DNA of 47,432 nt, filler included, from Dirinaria sp. TL-2023a (Eukaryota), in the NCBI GenBank assembly GCA_051941275.1. It is 2 parts of 2 records of this genome, joined end to end, with 100 filler letters (N's around TTAATTAATTAA, not from the genome) between each part and the next. Parts side by side here need not be neighbours in the genome. Positions count along the whole stretch, not along the records: positions 23,770 to 47,432 come from JAVEBF010000200.1; 1 more part is not named here. One strand, given 5' to 3'. How positions within the stretch are numbered: position 1 is the first letter of the stretch; every line of letters begins with the position of its first letter. The notes under the pieces are model-generated. The model ran no database searches, was not told the DNA's origin, and saw nothing but the letters and a program-made list of their open reading frames with translations. Positions 26,554 to 39,513 of the stretch are shown one piece after another. Both the position numbers and the translations under genes were made by a program.

Positions 26554-29218
26554 ATGTCGTTCTTTGGATTCGATACTGCTCTACCAAGAGACGGTGGCCA
26601 TCCTACACAAGCTCCAGGTTTCGGGACCGCTCCTGATCCATTTGCCTCCTTCGCTCAAGCCCGTAGTCTCAAAGACGATGATGACGAAGCGTGAGTGGGA
26701 ATAGAGCCTCGATGATTCCACATACTCAAAGTTCTTTGTTCTAGGATTGATTTCGAAGATACCTACGATGGGCTCGGCGATCAGCTAGACGAAGCGAACG
26801 ATGACCTTAATGACGCTACTTTTGGAGGGCCTATGACCGGTAGCACTGCTGCGCAACCAATGGGCAAGGACTTTGATTTCTATGGCCAGACAGCGAAAAT
26901 ATCAAATGCCATCAACGACGAGCATAGTCGTTACAATCAGCAGCAAACCCGTCCCAAGCCTCACGCGCCTAAACAGACTAAGGCATTCAAGACCGGCTAT
27001 GAAGCATATCAGAATCCTGACTATATTCCTGATCTACAAGCGAGCGCTGGAATTTGGGGCTCAGGCGTCCCGATTACAAGCAGTAGCAACGTGCAGAGAC
27101 AACAAAGTGTCAATCAGTCAAGCGCACAGCAGCGCGACGCTGCTGCTCCTCCAGCCAAGAAGATGATGAGCTTGGAGGAAGTGGAGGCTGCGATGCAGGC
27201 ACAAGCTAAGAAACCAATTTTAGCTACCCAGGCACAGGCCCAGACGCCTCCAATCATTCAACAGTCCGAAACCCAGTCGGATCGCGGCGAACAATACGGG
27301 CATGCGGCTGTCAGTGCCATGCCTGTCCCTTTGCAGCAAATGTCATATCAACAAGGAACACAAGCCCGGCTGGGCCGTCCTCAATTATCTCAAGCAGAGC
27401 TACCAGGCCAATCTCCGCCACAGGGTACGCGGGCCCCTGCTCCTCCTCATATCTTGCAACGAGGGCACCCAGTTGTACAACACGACGCGCGCGATTCGGT
27501 CACAACTCGAACAATTTTGCAGAACCCACAGAGACAGCAAGCGCAGTTGGCGCCCAGGCAGCCTGAGCCCCCGGTAGCCATGCACCCACCGCCTCATATA
27601 CCTGCAGGAATTCCCATGTCTGGGCCTCGTCAACTGCCTGCGATCACTGACGCCCGGCAGCTAATGCAGTTGTCAGAGGAAGAGCGTAATGCGTATCTGA
27701 TTGAGGACGCTAAGCGAGCAAAACGGAACCACAAGATATGGTTGCTATCGAGGGACAATGGACTAATGACGCCTCAGGATAAGAATTTCATCACTAGAAT
27801 CCAGCTTCAACAACTCGTAACAGCCACTGGCGGTGCAAGTGGTCAAGATTCGGATGCCGCACTTGCTGAGGATTTCTACTACCAAGTAACGAGTCAAATT
27901 CGTGGCGCTTCTCGGCAAAACCCGCAGCAACCGCTAAGCAACTTCGCACAGACTTATCTATTTCAAACGGGCAGCCGTCAGGGAGGCATGGGTCGACGCC
28001 AAAACCGTGGTGGTGATAATCACATGCAGCGCATGGAAATGCAAGTTCAACGAGCTGTTGAGGCAGCAAAGGCTAAACCGAAGAACAAACAGTTAGTCAT
28101 AGAGGGCAGCTTAGGCAAGATCTCGTTCAGCAACGCGAGGACACCGAAGCCGTTGCTGAATATCAATCGTCAAGATAGCCATGACAGATCACAGAGCACA
28201 GGCCGCGGAAGTACTAAAAAGGCGCTTCCATCGGAACTCACCGTTACTGACCGTAAAATCGTCTTGAAGAGTATCGAAGCTGTCTTTACTACTTTGATGA
28301 AAATGGAGGACCAGGAGCGCCACATGCCTCCACCTCCTTCTAGCGAAAGTGATATTGCGCTCATAGAAGCCCATGCTACCTGGCGGGGAGCACAGCAAGA
28401 GCTCGGTGAACAACTATGGAGAGAGCTAAAAGTAATGGAACCTATTGTTCCTGATTCTCGCGTCCTTCATCCGTTCATTGCCTTCCTTTCCTACCCGAAA
28501 GGCAAGAAAGCCATTCCGCGCATCTTTCGTCAAATCGACCCAGAAAAGCGTCTTACTATACTGACAATGATCGTGGTTCATCTCAATGTATTAGACGTGA
28601 TCCGGCATGTCCAACTAGGCGCAACAGAGAACCGAACGTCAAGCGCAGCTCGTGAACAAGTCGAGCTATTCGCTCAGACCGTCATGCCGAGCCTATTCGC
28701 TTATGTCAACGACGCCCCCTTGCAGATCGTTATCGGCTTGCTTGGGCTTATCCTTGATCGGGCAAATATGCAAGCTATAGCACGTTCGAAAACTGGCCTC
28801 AACATCTTTACAATGCTCATCAGCAGGGCAGAACTAGTCAAGCAGGCAGAGAGCCCAAGCGATGAAGAATGGGAGCAATGGCTAAGCCTTTATAACCGCT
28901 TCTTCGATGCTGTGGAGCCATTCCTTTCGGACATTTTCCCCGGCTCGATCAACGACGGACAGGACGTCTACGTCTGGCAATTCTTGGCTGCTAGTGGGAT
29001 TGGCGCAAGCCCCGACCAGCAGCAGAGGCTCGTAGTTGCCGTCAAGTAAGGATTTCGTACTAGTACTAGGATATCCAAGTTGACCTGCTTCTAGGGATCG
29101 CGTAATGCAAACGGTTGCGCAAAGCAAGACTTTGCCACCCGACATAGCTGGTGAAAGATTGGGCAATGTAAATTTGTTTATGCGTGCCATTGGGCTCGAC
29201 GTCGATCTCCTTGGCTGA
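26554..29218 (+). CDS. PAT1: mRNA decapping activator / topoisomerase II-associated protein Pat1 (3 exons)
   Basis: MSFFGFDT start, DFEDTYDGLGDQL, KKMMSLEEVEA, NGLMTPQDKNFITRIQLQQL, EDFYYQV, GSLGKISFS..TPKPLL, YVWQFLA, ending VNLFMRAIGLDVDLLG*. Confidence 0.95.
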
Positions 29219-29783
29219 TCAGCGTATTCTACTGAGCAAAACCTGCACAGATTTCAGGACTTCTGTGAGCCATTTAACAGTATTGCGATTACTACCAGTT
29301 GCAGTAGAAAACTTAGCATAACGAACCACGAGATGAGGAAACACCCAAGACAGAGATTCCAAGGTACAGCTTCATGACTGCGGGGTCAATCTCTGACGAT
29401 GTATCTTACGATACGTATATCCTTAAAAGGGGGATAGCCATCATATGTGATGGTAATGAAGCAACGACCATATAAGACATTAATAAGGTCTTATCGGGCA
29501 AGGGAGCCCAATACCATACTCGCCTTTGTGCGAGAAGCTCGGCAGATCCCAGGCTCTGATGTATTGAAGAGAACAGCGGCAAAGCTGATACAAAGGAATG
29601 ATTTTCACACTTCACGTTGTATCTTTAGCATACGGTTGGTTTTACAACTACCATAGCTACCAGTCCAATTCACCCAAATCGTTGATTAGTCGGCGTCCAG
29701 AATTGATGTGACATAGGATCTGCAAACATGGAGGTTCCGAAAGCCAGTCTACAGTCTGGCATCTTCTGTAATGCACTGTCATG

Positions 29784-30955
29784 CTATTCCTCCATCTCAT
29801 CTCCACCGCCCGGTATCCTCCCTTCGTTGAGCTCCTTTTCTAGCCTCGCAATCTCCTGCAAGCTCTTCGCATTGCGTATCAGGTGCTCGACGCGCTTCTT
29901 CTCTTTCTCCGTCAACTTGACCCTGTAGCTCTTCTCGCCAGACACGGCGCCATTCGTAGTAATGCCTGTCGACGGGACGTCAAAGGTGCGAGATTTGATA
30001 CCCATGATCTGGATATGTTCCCGCTCACATTAGCGGGGAACAGGCAAAAAGGGAAAAAGCAAAAATTACTACTACTAACCTTCGAAGCGAGCGCAGATGG
30101 TTCATTGAAAGTCCCAAACAGTTCATCCGCCTTCCTGCGCTCGACATCCTTGACTTTCTGGTAATCGAAGAAGCGGACCGTGGGACAGCGCCATATAATC
30201 CACAACCGATAATTCTGTAGGCCCCCGATTGTATCCATTTCCCGCACGTCAGCTTTTCCATGGTTTGTTCCCACAATCGCATCGACCAAATTGGGGGACA
30301 ACGTCTTGCAAGATATATGCTCGAAAAACTATCATAACTGACCTCTTTCCTCGTGACCGGGTTATCCACCAGCGAAAGGTGCGTCAGCTTCGCAAAGTGC
30401 CGCAGCGGATCCAGATCCGCCAGCTCGGCGAGATTGTTCTGCGTCAGCACCAGGCAGAGTAAGTTGGGGATCGAGTTCGCGAGGGTGGGCTGGATGTTGG
30501 TGATGCGGTTGCGCGCGAGGAGGAGCGTGTGGAGACGCGGCGAGAGGGGGAAGTTGGAGAGCGTTGTGATGTCGTTGTCTGTGAAGTCGATCGCATCTTG
30601 GTCCTGCATGACTCATGGATTGGATTCCCTATGTCAGCTTCCTCTTTTTCTTGTCTTTTTTTTTTCCTCTCTCTTCAAAGACACATTTAAAGGAGCAGGC
30701 ATAGGGAATGTACGAAGAGAAGAACGAACTTTCGCGACCCCCAGGTTCTCAATCGCCGGGATCTTGTGGCCTGCAGGGTTCCCCTCAAAACATTCGATAT
30801 CAATGGAGCTCGTTCTTTCTTTTTTTTTTTTTTTTTCAAAGTGTAGTATCTGCTCTTTTCAGCTTGGGGAACGCACCTCTGAGATCCAGTTCGCGTTCTT
30901 TGAGAGGGTTGAGGTAGGACAGGGAGTTTTGGATGAGTTCGGCTGTTAACCTCAT
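29784..30955 (-). CDS. LEA1: U2 snRNP A' leucine-rich-repeat protein (multi-exon)
   Basis: MRLTAELIQNSLSYLNPLKERELDLR|GHKIPAIENLGVA, DAIDFTDNDI..L.NFP..PRL.TLLLARNRI, NPVTRKE|NYRLWIIWRCPTVRFFDYQKVK, ending SLQEIARLEKELNEGRIPG. Confidence 0.95.
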
Positions 30956-31731
30956 GATGAATTTTTTTCAGGTGGTTTTTGGAAAGAGGCAATTTGTTGG
31001 TTGTGTTGTAAGAGAGCGTGTGTATTCAAGTACAACGAATGAGGACGAAAAAGAAGAGACCTCAGAACTTGGGGCGGATACTCATGGGATTTTGGAGGGT
31101 TGATGTTTGCGCGCTTGAGGTTTGGTACTCCCGTCATAACACTCTTCTTGGCGCACAACCCCAAATCAACCCCTTAGTTTATAGCAAGACCGCTCGAGGG
31201 GCTCTGCGAGAAAGAGATTTTTTTCCCCCCTTCATGCTACAATCATCTGTACAAACACGCTAATTTCAATCCTTAGAATTTGGCAACAATTAATATTGAC
31301 ACCCTACATCGATCTATTTTCTATCTGCACATGTAACACCCTCAACAAATAAAGGAGAAAAGGGGGTCATAATTTTCCTCAAGCCACAGCCGCTTCACCA
31401 ACTCGCGAAAATTTTGTGTCCACATAAAAGCTTGACAATTTTGTATAATATTTCACTCCTTGTCACTCGTCATGTGTGTTATGCGAATTTTATTCTAGAT
31501 ATATAATTCTTACATTTTTTATTCAAAGTGATTCTAGTGCTGTTCTGTTCTAATTAGCGTTTTTGAAGATTTTTTTTCCCTACACCTGATCGAGTACTTA
31601 GATCCCTGAATTTAGCCACTGTTGAATCATTTTCTTTCCTTCATCGTTGGTTTTCTCCTCCACACTTTATCAGAAGCTATCATTGTTCATAACCTACATC
31701 GTACACAAAGAGCCCTTAGCAAGATCTTAAG

Positions 31732-33006
31732 ATGGCTGCTATTACAAAGACTGAGCTTCCACTGCCTCTTCTGGCGAGCGGCAAAGGTAATAACGATCCT
31801 CTATCAATTTACCGGCCTAATCCAATTTTTCGTACTTTTGTTCCTCGAATTTTTTTTCTGATTCCGATCGATAGTGAGAGATGTGTACGAGCTTCCCGAC
31901 TCAGACAACCTCCTCTTCGTGGCCACAGATCGAGTTTCATGCTTCGATGTAGTAAGCGATGATTATCCCACCTCTGAAGACCGAACTGCTTTTAACACCT
32001 TACAGGTCTTGAGCAATGTATGCATCCAATGCTTTGAGCACCCGCTCTAAATACTTTTCCTAACCCTTTCAAAACGACATCAGGGCATCCCCTCCAAAGG
32101 CTCAATCCTAACCTCCCTGTCCGAATTCTGGTTCCACCTCCTATCCACCAAGATCCCAACCCTTCAAACCCATTTCGTCTCCCTCAGCCTACCCGCCTCT
32201 CTCCACCTCTCAATTCCCCGCTCCCTAAAACCTCAACTTCAACGACGGAGCATGGTAGTCCGACGCCTCGAGGTTTTGAAAATCGAAAGCATTGTCCGGG
32301 GCTACATCACGGGCTCCGCATGGTCCTCGTACCGGAAAGATGGGACCGTGTGCGGGATCCGGCTCAGCGATGGATTGAGGGAGTCGGAGAGGCTGGAGAA
32401 GCCGCTGTGGACGCCGAGCACGAAGGCCGCGGCCGGGGAGAAGGATGAGAACATTAGTCCTGAGGAAGGTATGTCCACTTCCCTTAACTCGTGTATACCT
32501 TATGAAAGGACATTCCATGCTGTGGACTGAGAGAGGTATTATACATATTGACTGAGATATGAGACTGACTAACATTTCCTTCCGCAGCGGCGAATCTAAT
32601 AGGCAAGGAGTACGCAATGCAAATCGAGAAGCTCTCTCTCTCGATCTACGACATCGCGTCAAACCACGCTCGCGGTCGAGGCATCATCATCGCAGATACG
32701 AAGCTGGAATTCGGCCTGGATAAGTCCACCTCGCCGCCTTCGGTGGTGCTGATCGATGAAGTGCTCACGCCGGACAGCAGCCGGTTCTGGAGCGTGGAGA
32801 AATACGCAGTCGGGAAGCCGCAGGAGAGCCTCGACAAGCAATTCGTGCGGGACTGGCTGATCGAGGAAGGGCTGAAGGGGAAAGAAGGGGTTGAGCTACC
32901 GGAAGATGTCATCGAGATGACGGGGGAGAGGTATAGGAACGCTTTTAGATTTTTGGTCGGCAAAGAGTGGGAGGAGGAAGTAGAAGTAGCAGGAGAAAAT
33001 TCATGA
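31732..33006 (+). CDS. ADE1: Phosphoribosylaminoimidazole-succinocarboxamide (SAICAR) synthase, including a 12-nt micro-exon at 32006-32017
   Basis: LLASGK|VRDVY, LLFVATDRVSCFDV|VLSN|GIPSKG.IL...SEFWF, ESIVRGYITGSAW, TPSTKA, GIIIADTKLEFG, LIDEVLTPDSSRFW, SLDKQFVRDWL. Confidence 0.96.
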
Positions 33007-33189
33007 TTTTTTTTTTCCTCCCCCTTTTGCCAACATATGTGTCGACCACACTCTACAAGTGCCAAAAATTTACGGTCGCCCGCCATACAAAGTTGCTAAA
33101 ATGCCACCTCTCTCGAGTGATGCTCTAGATACAACCCTACCGAGTTGCCAGGCCCAACCTCCCAGCTGTCAAAAAAAAAAAAAAAAGCG

Positions 33190-36100
33190 CTATTGGAAAA
33201 CATAGATGACGCCTTGCCGATCCACGCTGACACTCATGCCCACCGGCCGTTCCAGGATACACACATCCCGGATCTCATCCAGATGGCTCTTCAGCAGCGC
33301 CTTCTGCTGCGCACTGATCACCGTACTCCGAGGCGCCTTGGACCGGGGTTTCTTGGCATCGTCGTGATATTTCCCCGGCGGCGCGCTGCTGTCCCTCTCG
33401 CTGTTTGGTGCCGCCGTCGTCGTCGTCTGAGAGGCCTTCTCCGTCGTGAACACCAGGCTGGTGCTGGGATAGCTCCTCGCGTATTTGGGCTGGTCTTCCT
33501 CCGCACCAAGTCCGCTCACGACCATCGAATGATCCACGCGCGCGATGTCCCAGAACCGCAGCTTTCGGTCCGAACCGGCGGTGAGGAGGAAGCCGTATTT
33601 GGCATCTCGTCCGTCGTCCCGCGGGTCTACTCCGATTGCTAGTGCCCGGATGCCGCGATCAGGGACCCCGGCGCCGTTGTTGTTGTTGCTGTCGCCTGCT
33701 GTCGGTTCCACGGCCGTGGCGAAACGGCCAAGCATGCCTTCAGGCTTTTCTTCGTCGACTTTCCACGCTTCGTAGGATTTCAGACTATCCTTGCTATGGC
33801 GACCGACGCCGGCTCGGAAGACCTCACGGCATTGGGATTTCTCAAGGTCCCAGACTGTAATCTCAGCTCGGCCCGTGCCGCCTGCAACGCTCACCCAGCG
33901 GCCTCGACCATTGAAAGCGTAGACTGCAATTCGGTGGATAGGAGTACCGCCTGAGAGTCCCCAGGCTCTTAGGCGGAGCTGGAAGCGGAGATCCCAGAGG
34001 TCAAGCACACCGTGCGATGTCCCCAGCAGCAACCAAGTATTCTTGCTATCTACACAGAAACACGTCGGCGTTCCGTGATGGACCGGGTTCTCCAGTGTAT
34101 AAAGAGTCTTCATGTTGCGCAGATCTAGTGCTAGAACCTTGGAGGTATTGGTGGCTAGCAGTAGGATGGAGTGTGCCTCGACCCTGATGTGCTCAAGCCA
34201 GACGGCATACTCGCCCTTTGGTAACTGGTACTGCCGTACTAGCCGAAGCCTGCCGTATTTGGTTGCGTCGCCAACATATTTGCAGTCAACCTTGACAACA
34301 TGGATGCTGCCATCAGTGGCGCAACTAGCGAAAGTATGCGTGTTTTGCACGAAGGTGAGGCAAATGACTTGCGCCTTTTCCGCTTGGGTGTGTGTTTGGC
34401 GAGAGCGGTGCGCCAGGTTACGCTCCAGCCTCATTGTATCCCACACCTTAACCGTACCATCGTCAGACCCTGTAATAAAAAAAGCGTGATCCGGCGATGG
34501 TAGAACTCTGTTGATAGGTCCAGTGTGTTCTCCAAATGTCGCGACCAGGACTCCCTCCGGACGCCACAGCTTGCTTGCTTCTTGACCATCTGGCCGCTTC
34601 TGCTTTATTGGGGTCACCCACGGACCGAATTCGGCCATTTCAACAGAATAATTTTCCGATGCTAGGGAGTCTAAGAGCTTGAGTACGTTTGGATCGTTCC
34701 CGTCGTAGGTATGGCCTGCGCCCCCTTGAGTCACAGTGGCTGTTTTCTCTGCGGGTCGATCTGTCTCTGCATTGGAAGCAGCCCTTGCACTGTCTTGTGT
34801 AAACGGCCCATCAACCTTCCCAAAAGCATTGGTAGAAGTTGTGCCCGTCTCTGCGGCTGTCTTGGAATTATCTTTCCGGTTCAAGAGGTTTATAGCACTT
34901 GTCCGATGTCTCAAGGCGTGACCTCGATCAGAGCCGTACCCATTTTTCAGAGAATCGGTAGGGGTTAGAGTGCCGTCACTTTGAGTGTTGTCGCCAGCGG
35001 TATTTGGTATGAGCCCTGCTGGAAGCCTCGATCCGATGCTAGAATTCAGTCTCGTATATTCTTTCGACTTCTCTCGGGCACCTGAAGAAGTAGAGAGCAA
35101 TGGTGGATGGTTCGACCCGTCACGCTTGGAGTCGGTACCCTCTAAAGTCGGATTAGGGGTGGTATTCTCAAGGTATTCCTTTGGACTTCTGGACGTAGAT
35201 TTTGTCCGGTCAGAGGGAGATTCATCGATAGCCGTAGATGCGTCTAGTAAGGCATCAGTTATGGTGAGCGGTACCCTGTTTTGATTCCCGTTAGCACGAT
35301 TGCCTGCTGAGATGCTATCCTGCGAAAGGCGACGTTGTGAGCTTCGTTTGGGTTTATATTTTTCGAAGAACACCGTTTGAGGAGTTACGCTCAACTCCTT
35401 CAGGCTTACGATATTGTTCAATCTCGACGGCGGTTGATCGATCTTCTCCGAGGGCTTCCTAGTTAAACGCCAGATATATTCTCTTAATGCTAGCAACTTG
35501 AATTCTTCGTTCTGGAGCATTCCAAGCTGCTTCAGTCTGGCTAAGGATTGCTCGTCCTCTTCGGTTTTCGGCAGCCGGCTGAGCGCGTTTGGCCGTAAGT
35601 CCTTTGATGAGACGGTAGGAACAGCGTATTCCGAAGTACCGAAGGAAAACGTTTTCAAAGGCTGTGCAGGCTTCCAAAACAGGCTGTTTTGGCTCTTACC
35701 TGCCCAGCTCACTGCCGCGTCGAAAATAACTCTCGGAAGTGGCTTGGTAAGGGCGTCAAGAATGCTTAGTTCATTGAAGTTATAGATCGGGGTCTTGAGA
35801 TATGGCTGGATCAGAGGAAGTATGATACACTGGGTATCGGCGACCGACAGGTAGCGTGTCGAGGAAGACACAAAGTGAGCTGCGGCCTCTCTAATCCATA
35901 CATTGGGATGGATCAGGAATCGACCCACAACGTCTACGACCTCCCAGGTCGTTGATCTTTGGAAAAGCCCAATTTCTGCCATACTTGCGAAAGATGACAA
36001 TACTCTCTCAACCACGAATTGTTCCGAATCAGTCAACGCTTGTATCATGATAGGCAAAATAAAAGTCTCAAGGCTTGTCCCACCAACAAAAGTAGCGACG

Positions 36101-38131
36101 CCTACAATTGTGTGAAAGAATGCGCATTTCAGCATCCAGTCCTTATCATTGAGATATGTATTTAGATGACTTATTACAATGTCGTTGGCTTTTGAGCTGC
36201 CAAGGAACACACAGAGACTTGAGACTGAGCCGAGGAAAGCTCGCCGTACAGAGGGATCGCTGTCTGTCAACAAAGCCTTTGTGTGTGCCTCGAAGTGGCT
36301 GGATAGCTCTCGTCTAGCAACGTCAAAAAGGCTTTGATATGCATTGCTGGGAGCTACACCATCCTCAGCTTCAGGGTCATTGGTAGGGATTATTCCATCA
36401 ACTCGAAGGGCTTGGACTACATCTAGGATTCTGGCAGACGCATGTGCCAAAGTAGCTAAACATGATGCGTATGCTGCTCGCACAAACGGTTTAGTCTTCG
36501 AACCAGAGCCAAGGATGAACTGCTGCAGACGTGGCCGGATATACTCAGTAAAGACATAGGCGTTGACAGGTGAAACGACACTGACAAGAGACAGCTATAC
36601 TTCAATCAGTATGGCTATGGGTTCTGAACGCGAAACTCACTATCTGGGTCATTGTGCGTAAGGCTGCGACTTTGACAATATCAGCACGATCGTTGAGCAT
36701 TGCAACTACGTATGGCAAGACTCGGTCAAGTTTGGCTTCGTCAGTGATCCTTTCGGCGAACACTAGCATTAAGTCGCAGGCCCGTATCCTAGCAGCAGAC
36801 CGCGCCGTATTTCGCACTGAGGAAACCACAAGCGTTAGGAAAATTAGTGAGCCATCATCGACAAGCTTTCTGCCGGCAGCAGTAGCTTGATGCCGATTGT
36901 TGGGTATATCGATCTGGACAGGGATGACTTCGTTCGAAGTTTCATATTCGACTTCTCTTTGAGATCTACGGTCCTTGTCATCGTAGTCGAGAAAGTACGA
37001 TATCTTGTCGAGATCATAATATATTCTGTCAATCCTGTCGTCGCCGTCTCCGAAATTGTCGGTCTCTGGAAAGACCGGCGCCCGACCAGACGAAGGGTCT
37101 GTGATAGTACCCATGTACTGATGAAGAAAGCTGTAAAAGTATTCTGGGAATGCTTTGCGGCGCCAGAAGTTAAGGTACTCCTCTGCGGAGTACCTCGATT
37201 CTGGCTCCACCTGGATCATGTGGCTGACCAATTCACGAATGTCTCTATCTTGTATTTTGTTCAGGTGGACTAATTCCGGGTCAAACTCTCGCTTCCTATA
37301 CTTGTATAGCTGACTCAAGGTGAAGATTGGCGACTCTAAGAACAACTCGGCGATTACGCAGCCGACGCTGAACACATCCATAGCCCAGGTAATCCCTCGC
37401 CCGTCATCTTTTTCGGCAGCCCCTAAGAACCTCTCCGGAGCGATATAACAGGTCCGTCTCCCTGAAGTGTCAAAGTAGTACGAGAAATCAGCAGGGTTGT
37501 CTTCGGGGAGGTAGGCTTTTTTGTATGAGGATGAGAAGTCTGTGATATACAGCCAATTCCATGAGGTTACAAGGATATTTTCAGTCTTGATATCACCGTG
37601 GTAGACGTTGCGAGCATGGCAATCTCGCAATCCACACAAAAGCTGAAATGAGAGCCATTTCCGTTCAATATCTTCCAGGAAAGGTCGGGTACTATCAGTG
37701 TCAGCGAGCTTTCCATGGTAAAATTGCGAACAGCATACCTCAATCGATCGTATAGAGAACTATACAAATACTGTCGTACCAAATACCCATTCGTACTAGT
37801 CTCGAGAATTCTTTGATAACCCAATGCGTTCGGTACATCGCGGAGAGCGTCACGTTGTTCTAAGCAGTAGCTTAGCATGAAGACTATCCTCAAGCTCTTC
37901 TACAGCAACCTACTCACGCCTGATAGCTTTGACGTATCTTGCCAGGTCAAGCTGCGGGAACGGCTTTGCAACCAACTTCACGACTACCAGGCCGTCCTGA
38001 TGCCTGGCACGAATGCATTTCATGAACCTTGCCGTCCCTAGAGACTTCTCGTATGTCAAGTCGGAAAGCTCTGGGACCTGTAACCCGGCTGAGGCTGGCG
38101 AGAGGGTAGCCGTAGAGAATGTCTGACCCAT
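33190..38131 (-). CDS. VPS15: PI3K complex regulatory subunit Vps15 (pseudokinase, HEAT repeats, WD40; 4 exons)
   Basis: MGQ N-terminus (myristoylation-type), ARFMKCIRARH, HGDIKTENILVTSWNW.Y.TDF, LPEDNPADFSYYFDTSGRRTCYIAPERF, HEAT region LNTYLNDKDWMLKCAFF and a WD40 region FITGSDDGTVKVWD. Confidence 0.96.
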
Positions 38132-38544
38132 GGCGGGAGGTTCGTACCTGTTCAAGGTAAGAAGCGATTTTCAAAAGGTCGCTGAAACTGCATCGTGTAG
38201 CAGCTCAGCGTGAGTCCGTCGAGGCGGACGGCTGCTGAGGCTGCTAACTCATTGTTGGAAATCGACTCGACATTTAACGAGTACGTAAGACACAGCGATT
38301 AAAGCACGAGATGGATATAAAGGCTTCACGAGGTAGTATGCATGTATCACATGGGGAAGACGCTGCCATGACTGGATTTCAGAACCTCTTGGACCGAGGG
38401 GACCTGATTTACCTCGGCCCGTCTATCTACCGAGCCGGTGCTAAATTTCTGCATATCAAGCCCTAGCGCATGGTCAAAGTGTATCAAGGTAGGGTTAAAG
38501 CTGTGCCAACAACCTGCAAGAAAAATCAAAAGAAAGTAAGAAAG

Positions 38545-38672
38545 AAAAATCTGTGCCCATGTGGATTTGAACCCCCGACTCGGACAAAAAAGGTGCAGCC
38601 GTATAAGGTGGGTGTGGGACGATGGAAAGCCAAGGTTGTTCGCGGACACTTTACCGCTACACCACCACCTTC
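38545..38672 (-). other. tRNA-like RNA polymerase III internal promoter element (A box + B box) without a recognisable cloverleaf
   Basis: Minus strand carries A box TGGTGTAGCGG (38654-38664) and B box GGTTCAAATCC (38563-38573), followed by a T-rich tract. The D-stem does not pair and an internal T6 lies at 38586-38591. Confidence 0.4.
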
Positions 38673-38975
38673 TACGTGGTAACTTCTAGGAACTTTGTCA
38701 CAAGTATAATATATATACCTTATTTTGGCATATTCAACACTTGCAAGGATTTTGCACCCAGTAATGCTAGGGTATGAGATCCTGGAATTACCCAACTACT
38801 TTGTTCGTTCAACACCACTGAACGAGATCCAACTCGTGTAAGCCTAGGAATGGAATCACAGATCTAGTTTATCGATTTATCTAAGCCTTCAGGTTTTTTC
38901 GGACTAATAGACCATATGTCCCCCACCTCACTCGAACATTGCACATGCCAGACACTGTGCTGAATACCCCATCAG

Positions 38976-39513
38976 TTATTGCTTCGAACCCCAGGCTCCT
39001 TTCTTCTTCAGTATCTCCTCTTCTTCCTGCTGAATCTCCGCATCGATCTTGGCCCCTTTCGAGGGCTCGTTGCCGTGATTCTTAGCCTAGATTGACTGAT
39101 CAGCGTCTTGAAAATTTTAAGGTCCTAATTACAACATTGATGTTCTGGTGACGTACTGGAAGCGTTGGGTCTATCTTGGATTCCCTTGTTTCTTTGCCTT
39201 GTGGCTCCGGCTCAGATTGACGCTGTCCAAGATATCAGAGCCTGTCATATCATTGGAAGTGTACTGTCTGCTGGACTACCTTCTCCTCTCTTGCAAGCTT
39301 GTTTGCGATAGATCTCTCATCCTCTACTCACGTCAGTCTAGAGATTTTCGATGATTCCATCATTCAGGCTAACTCACTGGAGTCGTTGGCTTTATGACTA
39401 TTCTCCTTGCCCTCCTTGTATCGCTCGCGCTCGTTTATCTCAGAATTCTTCGAATTAACCTGGTCACCAGCCTCGTAGACCTGGCTTTGACCAACGTTGG
39501 ATGTCCCGCTCAT
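38976..39513 (-). CDS. Small hydrophilin-like fungal protein (118 aa, 4 exons), resembling the family often annotated conidiation-specific protein 6-like
   Basis: Exons 39513-39378, 39323-39280, 39222-39157 and 39086-38976 have canonical splice sites and sum to 357 nt. Translation: MSGTSNVGQSQVYEAGDQ...DSKDERSIANKLAREEKR...DPTLPAKNHGNEPSKGAKIDAEIQQEEEEILKKKGAWGSKQ*. The family label is recalled, not verified. Confidence 0.88.

Noticed and set aside
30353..30949. 198-aa plus-strand ORF over LEA1
   Set aside because: It is an antisense shadow in GC-rich exons that crosses intronic poly-T (FFFFF) and has no domain features.
38347..38795. Short ORFs upstream of VPS15, including a basic 70-aa ORF that superficially resembles a ribosomal protein
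   Set aside because: There is no family motif, and the Lys-richness comes from the A-rich tract of the Pol III-like element.
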